Positions 39,535 to 52,939 of a stretch of DNA of 64,000 nt are shown piece by piece. Positions within the stretch are counted from its first letter, which is position 1; the number at the start of each line of letters is the position of its first letter. The translations under genes were made by a program, and so were the position numbers. The notes beneath the pieces are model-generated. The model made no database searches and was not told the DNA's origin. It was given only the letters and a program-made list of their open reading frames with translations. The DNA comes from Octopus sinensis (taxonomy: Eukaryota): NCBI RefSeq assembly GCF_006345805.1, contig NW_021833030.1, positions 1 to 64,000 on the forward strand, given 5' to 3'.

Positions 39535-39924
39535 GTGGAGGCGCAATGGCCCAGTGGTTAGGGCAGCGGACTCGCGGTCGGAGGATCGCGGTTTCGATTC
39601 CCAGACCGGGCATTGTGAGTGTTTATTGAGCGAAAACACCTAAAGCTCCACGAGGCTCCGGCAGGGGGTGGTGGTGAACGCTGCTGTACTCTTTCACCAC
39701 AACTTTCTCTCGCTCCTTTCTTCTGTTTTCCTGTCTCTTGTACCTGTATTTCAAAGGGCCAGCCTTGTCACACTCTGTGTCACGCTGAATCTCCTCGTGA
39801 ACTACGTTAAGGGTACACGTGTCTGTGGAGTGCTCAGCCACTTGCACGTTAATATCACGAGCAGGCTGTTCCGTTGATCGTAGCAGCTGGGACCCTCATC
39901 GTCGCAACCGACGGAGTGCTCCTA
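39535..39924 (+). mobile_element. Full-length SINE, head D plus tail T
   Basis: A and B boxes present; 13-bp TSD TACAATGCTGATG at 39522-39534 and 39925-39937. Confidence 0.95.
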
Positions 39925-39926
39925 TA

Positions 39927-39964
39927 CAATGCTGATGAGGTTTAAAAGACCGAAACATATATTG
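39927..39964 (+). ncRNA. Minimal type-I hammerhead motif, one transition away from canonical
   Basis: CAAUG-CUGAUGA-GGUUU aaa AGACC-GAAAC-AUA-UAUUG: 5-bp stem I, 5-bp stem II, and GUA>AUA at a former CpG. Confidence 0.65.
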
Positions 39965-40219
39965 CTAAGCCTTTGTCTTGAAACATAGATTAGACTTTAC
40001 ATTTCCTATAATTTAATTTTAAGACCTAAATTCTTAGATTCTTGAAATTATCTGCCCGTTTTAATTTGAGATTCTCTGGCAATTACAACTAAGCTTTTAA
40101 TTATTTTCTCCAAATATATGATAGGAGTTTCAATTAATTAGGAATATTTTGCATACAGCATCGAGTAAGATACTTTTTACTCATCATACTAAGTCACGAC
40201 TACCATAATCACCATAACC

Positions 40220-40530
40220 ACCACTGCCGTCACCACCACCACCACCACCACCACCGCTACCACCATCACTGTAACCTCCTGCACCGCCAACACCAGCAAC
40301 ACTAGGAATTATTAGTGCAATAAGAACTCAGTGTGTCACGTGTGTTTTTTTTCTCTGTGTGTTTATGTGTAGGCGTGAGAAAGAAACTCGCTGATTGGTT
40401 CCAATTTTCCTGTTCGTTGTAGCATATAATTGCTATGATATAACAATCCACTGAGTCAGACGTCATCTCAGCGTGATGGTGGTCACGACGACGACGACGA
40501 CGACGATGATGACGACGGTGATGATGATGG

Positions 40531-40594
<64 letters not shown>

Positions 40595-40606
40595 TGATGA
40601 TGATGG

Positions 40607-40640
<34 letters not shown>

Positions 40641-40676
40641 TATGATGATGATGATGATGATGGATGATGATGATGG

Positions 40677-40718
<42 letters not shown>

Positions 40719-41000
40719 CAAAGATAACGATCATGATGATTATGTTGATGACGTCGATAACGACGATGAGGATTATGTTGATCATGACGACGACGACGAC
40801 GATGATGTTAACGATGGTGATGATCATGGTGATGATGACGAAGATGATGGTGATGATGTCCATGATCACGACGACAACAATGACGATGATGACGACGAAG
40901 ATGATGATGATGTTCATGATGATGAAAATGGATTGTGCTGGTAGTGGTGGCGGTGGTGACACTATTGATTGCTGGTGGCGATGGCTATGCGAAACGGCAG
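40220..41000. repeat. (CAC)n and (GAT/GAC)n trinucleotide tracts
   Basis: Direct inspection. Confidence 0.95.
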
Positions 41001-42072
41001 TAACTGTGACGATAATAGTGCCTGTAACAATGTGATGGCTATACTGATAGTGATATAATGAGAGTGATGATTAATTAATGGTTGGTGATGGTCTTGGTAA
41101 TGGTAATGATGGTGGAATAAAATATCGGTCAGAAATGACCGATAGAATAAAATAATACACAACTACTTATGAAGGCTTCGTTTGGCTACGTATGTGTGTG
41201 AGCATGCGCGCGCATGTGTGTGTATCTATGTGTAGACGGAGACTGAAAGCACCCTCGTCTATATAATGTGTGTGTGTATGAATGTATTTGTCCCCCTACC
41301 ATGGTTTGACAACCGATTCTGGTTCGGTTGAATAAGCACTAACTTACAGAAAGAATAATTCCCGGGGTCGATTCCTTCGACTAAAACCCTGTAAGGCAGT
41401 GCTCCAGCATGATCGGAGTCAAATGGCAAGCTGTATCGTCCTTTCTCTTTACCTTGGATAACATTAGTAGCGTGGAGAGGTGAGGCTGGTAAGCATGGGC
41501 GACTGCTGGTCTTCCATAAACAACCTTGTCCGGATTTGTGCTTCGGAGGGTAACTTTCTAGGAGCGATCCTATTGTCATTCATGACCGAATGGGGTATTT
41601 ACATACATACTAACATACATACAAACACACATACATACATACATGCATGCATACATACATACATACATACATATATACTTACGTATATATATATATATAT
41701 GTCAATGAATAACGAAGACGTACAGGTATCGATTCATTACGGCCATTTCAAGCGACTCCTTTAATTGATTAATGAAAACATTAGATTATCCGAAAGAAAC
41801 CGTTCCCGTCAGATGACAGCATAGACTTCAAACATAAACGATAAAACCACCGACCTAACATATTCACATCAATAATGGAACTCAAATTATTTACATTGTT
41901 TTTGTTGTCATTCATACCTCTGGCAAGATGAGTTTAGATCTAACAAGGTGCCTTGATTTAACTACCTAATTCAGCGGAATTTTAATTTTATTTCATATAT
42001 ATATATATGTATGTATACATAATACATACATATATATATATGTGTGTGTATATACCTGCATATATGTATATG

Positions 42073-42314
42073 GGATCTATTCAGTTTCAAACAGATTAAA
42101 AAATTTTTTTCTTAACTAAACAGTTTGAAACTTCGAATACTGGTAGAATTTCTCACGTAGAACACGGTTTACTCTGAACGTTTTTGACAAAATTTCCTAT
42201 GTTAGGAGTTAATTCGTGTCAAAGTTGTCGTATTCAGGCAATTTCAACCAATCAACGACGTGTGCTCGCTTCAAGAAAGTTACTGCTGTTTGTGATTGAA
42301 ACTGGATAATATCC
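42073..42314. mobile_element. Short GG-terminal MITE with 8-bp TSD (Merlin-like)
   Basis: Imperfect TIR GGATCTATTCAGTTTCAA / TTGAAACTGGATAATATCC; flanks TGTATATG / TGTATACG. Confidence 0.7.
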
Positions 42315-42322
42315 TGTATACG

Positions 42323-42353
<31 letters not shown>

Positions 42354-42358
42354 TATTA

Positions 42359-42391
<33 letters not shown>

Positions 42392-42398
42392 ATTTATT

Positions 42399-42446
<48 letters not shown>

Positions 42447-42458
42447 ACACATACATAT

Positions 42459-42491
<33 letters not shown>

Positions 42492-43209
42492 ATATATATA
42501 TATGTATGTATTTAGATATATATATATGTGTGTGTGTATCTATGTCCAGATAGATAGATAGGTATACTATATATATGTGTGTATATGTGTGCGTGTGAAT
42601 TTGTGCATTTTAGTACGTGATGTGTGACTGATAGTGCTGTGTGCATGTGTGTGTATGTGTATGTAGGGGGAAGACCTGCAAACTCAAATGCCTATTTCTA
42701 ATATTTATATATCACAAGCGAAATAAACATTCGCACACATATTCCAATGCATCATTGGAATATACACACATTTATACAGAATACAGACGGACGCGTGCAC
42801 GCATGTATGTTGATGTATGTGCGTGTGCGTATGTATATCAGACACTATATAATGGAGAAAAGACAAACTACCGCGTTGACATTAAACAAAAATCCCACAC
42901 GCACTCACTCACTCACTCTCTCCACTCACTCATACTCTTACTCACTCACTCACTCACTCTCTCCACTCACTCATACTCTTACTCACTCACTCGCACACTC
43001 ATTACTTATTTACCACTCCCTCAGTTACTCACTATTAACGGTATACACGTTTGAGTGAACGCACAGTTGCATAAGCATTCGTACGTAAAAATGCACTTAC
43101 ATCCAGCGTTGCGCTTAGACTAACATTTAATACATACATATATACATATTATATATATACATATATATATATTATATATGTATATATATATATTATATAC
43201 AACATATAT

Positions 43210-43263
<54 letters not shown>

Positions 43264-43303
43264 GTATATATATAATGTATATGTATATATGTATATATAT
43301 ATA

Positions 43304-43344
<41 letters not shown>

Positions 43345-43582
43345 AAAGAGAGGAGAGAGAGAGGCAGGAAGGGAAAAGGATGTTACGATTGTGTGTGTGT
43401 GTTTGTGTGTGTCTGTGTGTCTACATGTGTGCGTGTCTGTCTTTGAGTCTCTCTATGTGTCTGTGTATTTCAGAAGTTCTTCTAAGGGCAAGGCCCAATG
43501 CACTTATCTCCATCGATGCGCACGAATTAATACTAATATAGTGAGAAAGACACCGAGGTAGACAGGAGAATCTTGTGTGTCA

Positions 43583-43637
<55 letters not shown>

Positions 43638-44085
43638 TGTGTGTGTGTCCACATGCGTGTGTATGTATGTATGTGCATGCACGTCTCTATGTACGTGTGC
43701 GGATTTTGAGTATCTTGTGTGTGTGTGTGTGTCTACGTGTGCGTTTATCTGTGTGACTATATCTCAGCTGTACTCCTGACGGCAAGGCCCAATGCACTTA
43801 TTAGCTTTGAATTTATTAAAATAATATTTATCTATCTCTGGCCTCTGACGTCGCCCATAAAATGGCCGCCGAAGGCAAACATGCTGGGAAGTCCCACATT
43901 GCTTTTTCAGTGTTCGGTGAGACATGACCAACACTTGGCACTAATACCGCTGCTCATGCTGCTCCTTGAGCAGCCAACAAAGAAGGAATATTGCTAATCT
44001 ATAAATAATATAAAGAATTATGACATCGTAAGGAAGAAAGTATGGGAATATAATGAGGCAGAAAATAATGAAATAGCGTTTGATA

Positions 44086-44149
<64 letters not shown>

Positions 44150-44227
44150 GAAGTTAATGTAGAAAGTAAGAATATATAAATATATACACTAAATTAGGAT
44201 ATATATATAGTGTATATATATTATATC

Positions 44228-44271
<44 letters not shown>

Positions 44272-44463
44272 ATATACATGCATATACATGCATATATTTT
44301 GTGTGGTGGGATTCCTCTGTGTGCAAGAGTGAATGTATATAGGTATGTACGTATCCATATATTTGTGTATATGTATAGACACACAGACGATTAATCATAC
44401 GCATATACGCATACATATAGGTGTCATATATATATACACATACACACACACACACACACACAC

Positions 44464-44499
<36 letters not shown>

Positions 44500-44500
44500 C

Positions 44501-44542
<42 letters not shown>

Positions 44543-44745
44543 TTCTATAATTATAAACATAATTATAATCAGGAGTCAGCACCGAAATTAAGAAATTGGA
44601 GTTAAATGCCTTTTCTACTACCATAAAGATCTCCCAGACAGTAATACACTTTTTTACGTAGGCAAAACGAAAAAATAACGAATCCACACACACACACACA
44701 CAACACACACACACACAAACACACACACACATACACACACACACA

Positions 44746-44792
<47 letters not shown>

Positions 44793-45345
44793 AATACATA
44801 CACGTGTGTGTGGGTATGTATGTGTCTGTGTACACATGTGTATAAAGAAGAGAGATTGGATTGAGTAAATGCGCTTTATTGCATAATACTACAATCGTTT
44901 CATCTCCGCTTTACCAGCAGGTGCCTAACGAAATATTATGATATAATATATCAAATATATTACATTGCATCACTATTATTTCAGGTACATTGTTAAGTAG
45001 AGTCTCCTCAGGGATGAATGGAATGAGTCTGCTAAATCAAATCATATTCCGCAGAAAGTAGACCACTCGTTGATTCTAGTACTATCACTTCATTAGCATA
45101 TCACATTTATATGAACCAAACACCGTTAGATCGTAAACCACAAGTACAGTTCAGTTGATTAAGAAAAACAGGTGGAAAAGAAACTATTTAAATATAATTA
45201 TTCAAGACATAATAATATTTTCCCGAACCTCTAATTTACGGTGACGTAAACACATCAACACTGGTTGTCAGGCGGTGATGGGAAGGAACACAACACAAAG
45301 ACAGACAAACAGACACATACACACGCACACACACACGCACGTATA

Positions 45346-45416
<71 letters not shown>

Positions 45417-45443
45417 TACGTTTATATATTTTTGTTGAAACAG

Positions 45444-45624
45444 ATATTGTTATATATTCGGAATGGTCATTTTGCCAGTTTAGCCAAGAAAGAAATCTGG
45501 CCGAAATAAGATTAAGATTAATGTAAAAAATAAATAACACTGAAGCAAAGTAACACCAAATATATAGTGCGTGTGTTTTTATTGGCTAAACTGGCAAAAT
45601 GACCATTCCCAAATATAACAATAT
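45444..45624. repeat. Fold-back, ~43-bp arms with a 28-bp exact core, ~94-bp spacer
   Basis: GGAATGGTCATTTTGCCAGTTTAGCCAA (45460-45487) and its exact reverse complement (45582-45609). Confidence 0.93.
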
Positions 45625-45646
45625 ATATATATTATATATTATATAT

Positions 45647-45693
<47 letters not shown>

Positions 45694-45890
45694 CATGTGA
45701 CAGGTTTCTTTCAGTTCCCGTCTACCAAATACTCTCCTCACAAGGCTTTAGTCGGCTCGAGGCAATAGTAGAAGACACTTGCAGAAGGGCCCACGTAGTG
45801 GGACTGAACCCGGAACCATGTGGTAGGGAAGCAAGCTTCTTACACACAGCCGCAATATTTTTTTTTATAAAAATGTTTGAAACCTTTAGA

Positions 45891-45964
<74 letters not shown>

Positions 45965-46000
45965 CTATCACTTTCTGTCTGTCTGGTCTGTCTCTGTATG

Positions 46001-46032
<32 letters not shown>

Positions 46033-46464
46033 ATATATATATTATATATGTTAGTGTACATGTTTATACCTACAGCCTGAAATCATTGGATTTTTAACGT
46101 TACAGAAATATAATATACATACTCACAAAATGCACTGTTTTGGGATTTTAATGCAAGAAATTATTGTAATTAACCCGACATTTACATCTTAATTAATTTC
46201 CGTATTTCGTATATTTCTATAATTATCTTAATTCAAGCACCTGTTATTTCGCTTGCTTTTCGAGTATCTCTTTGCATTGGTTAATTGCTTTTACAAATTA
46301 CCAAAAACCCATTAATTTCACGATGCTCTCATTGTTTACCATATTTCAATTCCATGAGAATAATTTATCTTTTATCTTTTACTCGTTTCAGTCATTTGAC
46401 CACGCCTATGCTGGAGTAGTGTCTTTAAGGGCTTTATTCATTTTGACTCTATTGGCATTGTCAG

Positions 46465-46690
46465 CAAATTGACACTCGCTTTTTGGCTGTTTGGGAGGAG
46501 ACAGAGACTGATTTCAAACCATGGCGTAGGTTTATGAAAAAATGTAAAGTTGTAAAGTTGTAGAGTCAAATTGGATGAAACAGCCGTAGGAAAGAAGAAA
46601 ATGCAGAACATGATCTACAAAGCGAGAACTGCCAACAGTATTCTGCAATACCTGTGGTGAGTATGAGGCATTTTGGCACAGCTGTTTGGC
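46465..46690 (+). pseudogene. Possible highly decayed piggyBac transposase C-terminus
   Basis: RRFMKK followed, in another frame, by RRKCRT*STKRELPTVFCNTCGEYEAFWHSC (CxxC/CxxC/H-like spacing); weak and by eye only. Confidence 0.25.
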
Positions 46691-47767
46691 ACCGTCTACT
46701 TGATGTCACTGACTCGATGATGACTTACTTGACATCAAACGTTTAATATTTTGTTCTCTTTCGTTTATATTTTCTTTCTTCTTTCCTTCCTTCCTTCCTT
46801 TCTTTCTTATTTTTCTCTATATCCATTTTATTTCTCTTCCTTTCTCTCCTTCTCTTGAGGATGTTTTTTCTTATGTAAATAAGAATATGGAAACCAGTTA
46901 TGTCAGCCGTGTTCAATTAATACATTATAAGCTCTCTTTCGTTCTTTCTCTCTCTGTCTCTCTCACACATGTACTATATCTTTCTGCGTGTTTATATTTC
47001 TGCACACGTATGCACACACATGCGTATGTGTGTTAACCCCCTGTCCCAAAAAGCACTGGCGGCAAAACAGCTTCACTGTCCAGTCAGCTGTGACAAATTG
47101 CCATCGACCAAACTGCCACAATCAACGGTCTCCATTCAACCTAAGATCAGGGTTGTGCCACTATCTTCGGTCTCCAATCCCACAAATGCGTAAAACCTAA
47201 CAAAAGTAAGGAAGGTGTTCACTATTTAAAAAAAAAAAAAAACACACGCACACACGAAAAAAAAAAAGGGCGAAGCATTTCTCCTGGTCCCAAGTCATAC
47301 TTGATTACATCTGACAGCAAAGAAAAAATAAGAAAAAATAAGTTGTAGATAGACAGAGAGACTATTTGTACCCATCCATTAGCGAGATTCAAATGACACT
47401 TCGATCGGGTCTTCGCAACACTGAAAATTTGACCATCTGCTGCTGCCTTACCCGTAGGACCATTGAATGGAATATATCAACATAGAATTTGTTATTTTAG
47501 CAGACACTATAACAACAAAACCGCCGGCACTATTCTATATAAAATATCTTCAACATCAGTAACGCCATTATGTTTTCCCCATTTCTGAATGTAATCGAAG
47601 TGAAAATGACTTAAGGATTCTTACTGTGTTAAAACGAAAGACATCGAAAGAACCACCTCTCTTATGTAGCAATAGAAAGACTAAAGCCAGCGAGTGAGCC
47701 TTTACGTGGTCGTTCAGCCTGCTAGAAATAGCTCCCAAAACTCCTTCAAAATACAAAAAACATTTGG

Positions 47768-48185
47768 TTACTCTTTCTCTCTTTTACTTGTTTCAGTCAT
47801 TTTGACTGCGGCCATGCTGTCGCACCGCCTTTAGTCGAGCAAATCGACCCCGGGACTTATTCTTTGTAAGCCCAGTACTTATTCTATCGGTCTCTTTTGC
47901 CGAACCGCTAGGTGACGGGGACGTAAACACACCACCATCGTTTGTCAAGCAATGCTAGGGAGACAAACACAGACACACAAACACATACACACACACATAT
48001 ATATATATACATACATATATACGACAGGCTTCTTTCAGTTTCCGTCTACCAAATCCACTCACAAGGCATTGGTCGGCCCGGGGCTATAGCAGAATACACT
48101 TGCCAAAGATGCCACGCAGTGGGACTGAACCCGGAACCATGTGGTTGGTTAGCAAGCTACTTACCACACAGCCACTCCTGCGCCT
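47768..48185 (-). mobile_element. SINE B/C, full length, young
   Basis: Near-identical to 2398-2798. Confidence 0.96.
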
Positions 48186-48290
48186 ATTACTGTTTCTGAT
48201 TGCTATTTCTATTACAAGTTACAACAGATTTCGATGTCATATTTTCTTAAATCCTTAAAAATAAAATAAATAATTATATAAATAAAACAT

Positions 48291-48455
48291 AGGCGCAGGA
48301 GTGGCTGTGTGGTAAGTAGCTTGTCTACCAACCGCATGGTTCTGGGTTCAGTCCCACTGCGTGGCACCTTGGGCAAGTGTCTTCTACTATAGCCTCGGGC
48401 CGACCAAAGCCTTGTGAGTGGATTTGGTAGACGGAAACTGAAAGAAGCCCGTCCT

Positions 48456-48498
<43 letters not shown>

Positions 48499-48806
48499 TG
48501 TGTGTGTTTGTGTGTCTGTGTTTGTCCCCCTAGCATTGCTTGACAACCGATGCTGGTGTGTTTATGTCCCCGTCACTTAGCGGTTCGGCAAAAGAGACCG
48601 ATAGAATAAGTACTGGGCTTACAAAGAATAAGTCCCGGGGTCGAGTTTATGTCCCCCGTCACTTAGCGGTTCGGCAAAAGAGACCGATAGAATAAGTACT
48701 GGGCTTACAAAAAGAATAAGTCCCGGGGTTGAGTTGCTCGATTAAAGGCGGTGCTCCAGCATGGCCGCAGTCAAATGACTGAAACAAGTAAAAGAGTAAA
48801 AGAGTA
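48291..48806 (+). mobile_element. SINE B/C, full length, with an ~85-bp internal tandem duplication
   Basis: TTTATGTCCCC...GTCCCGGGG occurs twice (~48561-48641, ~48646-48728). Confidence 0.96.
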
Positions 48807-48990
48807 ATATGGGATGTTTAGCTTCTGAGTCCTATGCAGACAAGAATGAATAAAACGGAATGATTACGATAGAATGCCTTTATTTAAAGGTTTGTTCGAT
48901 CAGACTGACCATGGGCTAAACAACACTGAGAGCAGTACCAGCAGCACCAGCAGCAGCAATAACAGCAACGAGCATAATAATAATAATAAT

Positions 48991-49160
48991 AATAATTTTT
49001 TCTACTCTAGGCACAAGGCTCGAAATTTGGGGGTAGGGGTCCAGTCGATTAGATCGACTCCAGTATGCAACTGGTACTTAATTTATCGAACCCGAAAGGA
49101 TGAAAGTCTAAGTCGACCACGGCGAAATTAGAACTCAGAACGTAAAGAGAGACGAAATAC
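48991..49160 (-). mobile_element. SINE A2, head-truncated
   Basis: Family match. Confidence 0.85.
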
Positions 49161-49264
49161 CACTATATCGCATGTGGTGGGGTGGATCTTCAAGTTGCCA
49201 GACACATTCTTCGTAGCTTAGAGTAGGCTCGAATTAGAGATTATTCTTTGTGGCTAATGGCGTG

Positions 49265-49299
49265 AGTCCTGATTGGAAGAAGAAGAAGAAGAAGAAGAA

Positions 49300-49335
<36 letters not shown>

Positions 49336-49380
49336 GATGATGAAGAAGATGGTGATGATGAAGAAGAAGAAGAAGAAGAA

Positions 49381-49416
<36 letters not shown>

Positions 49417-49650
49417 GAAGATGATGAAGAAGATGATGATGAAGAAGAAGAAGAAGAAGAAGAAGAAGAAGAAGATTATGATGATGATGATGATGATGAT
49501 AATGATGATGATAATGATAATGATGATGAAGAAGATGATGATGATGATGAAGAAGAAGAAGAAGCAGAAGAAGAAGAAGAAGAAGAAGAAGAAGAAGAAG
49601 AAGAAGAAGAAGAAGAAGAAGAAGAAGAAGAAGAAGAAGAAGAAGAAGGT
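49265..49650. repeat. Alternating (GAA)/(GAT) tract
   Basis: Direct inspection; the poly-E/D/K/M ORFs are artefacts. Confidence 0.97.
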
Positions 49651-50090
49651 ACAATGTCTCATATTTGGATGTAGGTATAGCCCAAAAGTTCAACCCCAAT
49701 ATTTCACTGGCACTTTATTTTATCAAACCTCATATGGATACAAGCAAAGGAACTCAGCCAAATGCTACAGAATGTTTTGTCCAATGATATACTTTTGCTT
49801 CTGACCATTCATACTTTCGTTTCTGTTTTCTTTTTCTATGGTTTAGTTAAGGAATAAAGGTAATCTCGAACGATCCTTATTTTATGTATGCTTTCGATAC
49901 TGACTGGAAGAACGGAGGGAATTTTCCTGAAGTCGAATTCCTAGCCCGGGTGTTTGCAACTGGGTGAACCCCAGTAAAGGCCCCCCCAAGGACTTAGAAT
50001 ACCACCCAAGTTCTTGGTATAGAAAGAACTGGAACGAATAGCAAAATCCTCTGCTGCACTAAAATTCCAATAATCTATCGGTCTGGATTG

Positions 50091-51025
50091 GTAGTTTATT
50101 TTGTGGACACCGCAAAAAGAGGAAAATCAAAGTTGACTTCAGTGAGTTTCGAACTCAGAGCATAACGATCCGGAATAAATACGATAATTAACAATTCCGC
50201 CAGGCTATGATGTCGAACTAGTATGTTTTCATTGACCCCGAGAGGATGAGAAAGCTAAAGTTAATTTCGGTGGAATTTGAACTCAGAGTCCAGGAAGCCG
50301 AAATACAACAAGTAACAATTCTACCAAGCAATGGGCCCTGGCTAGTATTTTCGGATCTTTTCGGTTTGAACGGCAGTTTTTTCTAGCGGTGTCATATAAA
50401 ATTGTCACCCATAATTATGACCCAAGTATCAATCTATTACATTTCAATCTGTTTTAGGGTTAGGGTTAGGGTTAGAAGTGGGGGGAAGGGTATCTTTTTT
50501 CTTCACAAATGTAAATAAACCCAATCTGTTTCTTAAACGAGGGACATATCCATACGGCACAGAATGTTTTTAACTCAATGGATGTATTTGATTGGTTGAA
50601 ATAGCAGAAATTGAAGAAAAAAACAACAACAAATATCTTACAAACTATAGAATTTTCTCAATAAAGCCAAGAGAAAAAGATGTTTTATAAACACATTCTA
50701 CCAGTATACGAAGTTTAAAATTTTTTAGTTACCTAGAAATTATGTTAAAAAACTGCCGTTCAAACCGAAAAGATCCGTATTTTCTTTATTGGATCCCGAA
50801 ACGATGAAGAAAGCAAAATTGACCTCGGCAGCATTTGAACACAAAGTGCTGAGAGCCAAGATAAATACAACTAACAATTTCACTAGCCCACCGTTTTGGA
50901 CAAGTATTTTTCTTCATGGAGCGTGAGACGATGGAAAATCAAAGTTGACCTCGGCGGGATTTCAACTCAGTGTGTAGAGATCCGTAACAAATATCGCCCA
51001 ACATTTTCTTCAGCGTTCTATCGAC
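50091..51025 (-). repeat. Four-unit ~126-bp tandem array derived from the SINE A 5' half, MITE inserted in unit 3
   Basis: AAAGTTGACCTCGG...AACTCAG-like motif at ~50129, 50257, 50815 and 50941. Confidence 0.75.
50353..50776. mobile_element. 424-bp MITE with ~30-bp perfect TIRs and 8-bp TSD (Merlin-like)
   Basis: TIR GGATCTTTTCGGTTTGAACGGCAGTTTTTT; TSD GTATTTTC at 50345-50352 and 50777-50784; internal (TTAGGG)3 at 50454-50471. Confidence 0.95.
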
Positions 51026-51745
51026 TGTGGAGTTAATATCAAGAAGTGGAAGCGAGTGTCTTCGTATATAGTGTATGTATTTGTGTGTGTTTGTGTACGC
51101 GGATCTCTCTTAGTTTGAAGTTTAACTCCTCTGTTTTCATGCTGTTCTAGGGCTCAGTTATGTAGTGGCTTCGTATTTCTCGGTTCTGGCAGTGAAGTGC
51201 ATGAACACCCAGAGACGGAGACGAGTCAGAAGACGCAGGGTGGATCGGTGTATCATTTTGAGCAGAGCAGAACGGAACAGTTTGATGACATTTGAAATGT
51301 TGTGAATATCCCGAGGGTGGTACAGAGATGTCTATATGAGAGTCAGATCTTGTGAATGTGTGTGGTGGGGATATGCTGAAGGCCTGTCACGACACACGTT
51401 TATTTTTCGGCCTCCATGTCGTCTAAGGAACTTTGACATTAGACGTTTGTTTTGGTTTAGCCATAGGGAGGATTTGCTGCCTCTCAATTCACCTTTATCT
51501 GTTCCGGGGTGGGATTAGTACCAGCAGGTTGCAAACGTATATCTAAAATCTAAGAGAAGAGAATGGCATTTTCTCAATTGAGAGATGAATAAAGGGAGAA
51601 GAAAGAAGAGGGGGTGAGAAGGAAAAAAATTGTGTGTTTGGGGGTATGAATGTCTGAGATGTGGGGTGGGGCAAGAGAAAAACACAGAAGACGGAATACA
51701 TCCGTGCTTGTATTGTGAATAAAAGTACTATGTAAAGGTCTACCA

Positions 51746-52215
<470 letters not shown>

Positions 52216-52939
52216 ATCTATCTATCCACTAGTACACACGCACACACACCCATGTGTTGTATAGAATAACAATAACAAACAGAGAAAAAAAAAAGACATA
52301 ATGAAGATAAAAACAAAGAGAATAGAAAAGAGCATCACCAGCACCATGAATATTATTCTGGCCAAACCAACAGAGCAGTGTGGCGGGAGGTAGACATGAA
52401 CCAACGAAGGAAACATTATATATATGTGTTGCGTGATTGTTTTCACTCAGTAAAAATACTGGCAGGATGAGCAACGATACAGAGAGGGCGGTGTTTATAG
52501 AAAGTCGTTCCTATCCAAATATGTTTGGGTTTTTTTTTTGTTTTGTGTATGTATTTTAGTTTTTAGTCTAGAGAAAGTGAAGAAACTGCATGATGTCTTC
52601 TATTCACCTCATGGAAAGAATGTCTTGGAAATTTGGGGAAAATTTTAAGATTAATTTTTAGCACGAAATGTAGTTTATTTTTTTTGATTTAGAGTTGAAG
52701 AATAATAACTGTTAAGTTCCAAGCAAAACCCCTTCGTAGAGTGGGTGAATCTCGCAAAAGTTGGTCTGGAGCCTGTGTTCGAATAACCTGACAAAAAAGG
52801 TATCCTTAAATTTGGTTTCCTTTAATATTCTAAAATTATTTAACATCTTATTTGATCTGCTGGATTCTCTTCGGAGTATCTGAACCCGGACACTTATCAC
52901 ACGGTGGTAGCAGAATTATTTAAATATTGGTAGAGATGT

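Noticed and set aside
39535-39610. tRNA gene (also the heads of A, B and E copies)
   Set aside because: A and B boxes are present, but the sequence continues into a SINE body and tail with a TSD, and no complete cloverleaf is evident.
46562-46656. Candidate exon VKLDETAVGKKK... ending at GTGAGT, or a Merlin DE motif
   Set aside because: Poor acceptor, phase incompatible with the 43862 candidate exon, stops immediately around it, and a competing piggyBac-like reading; unresolved.
50454-50471. Interstitial telomere or chromosome-fusion scar
   Set aside because: The TTAGGG units are internal to a MITE and recur in its second copy.
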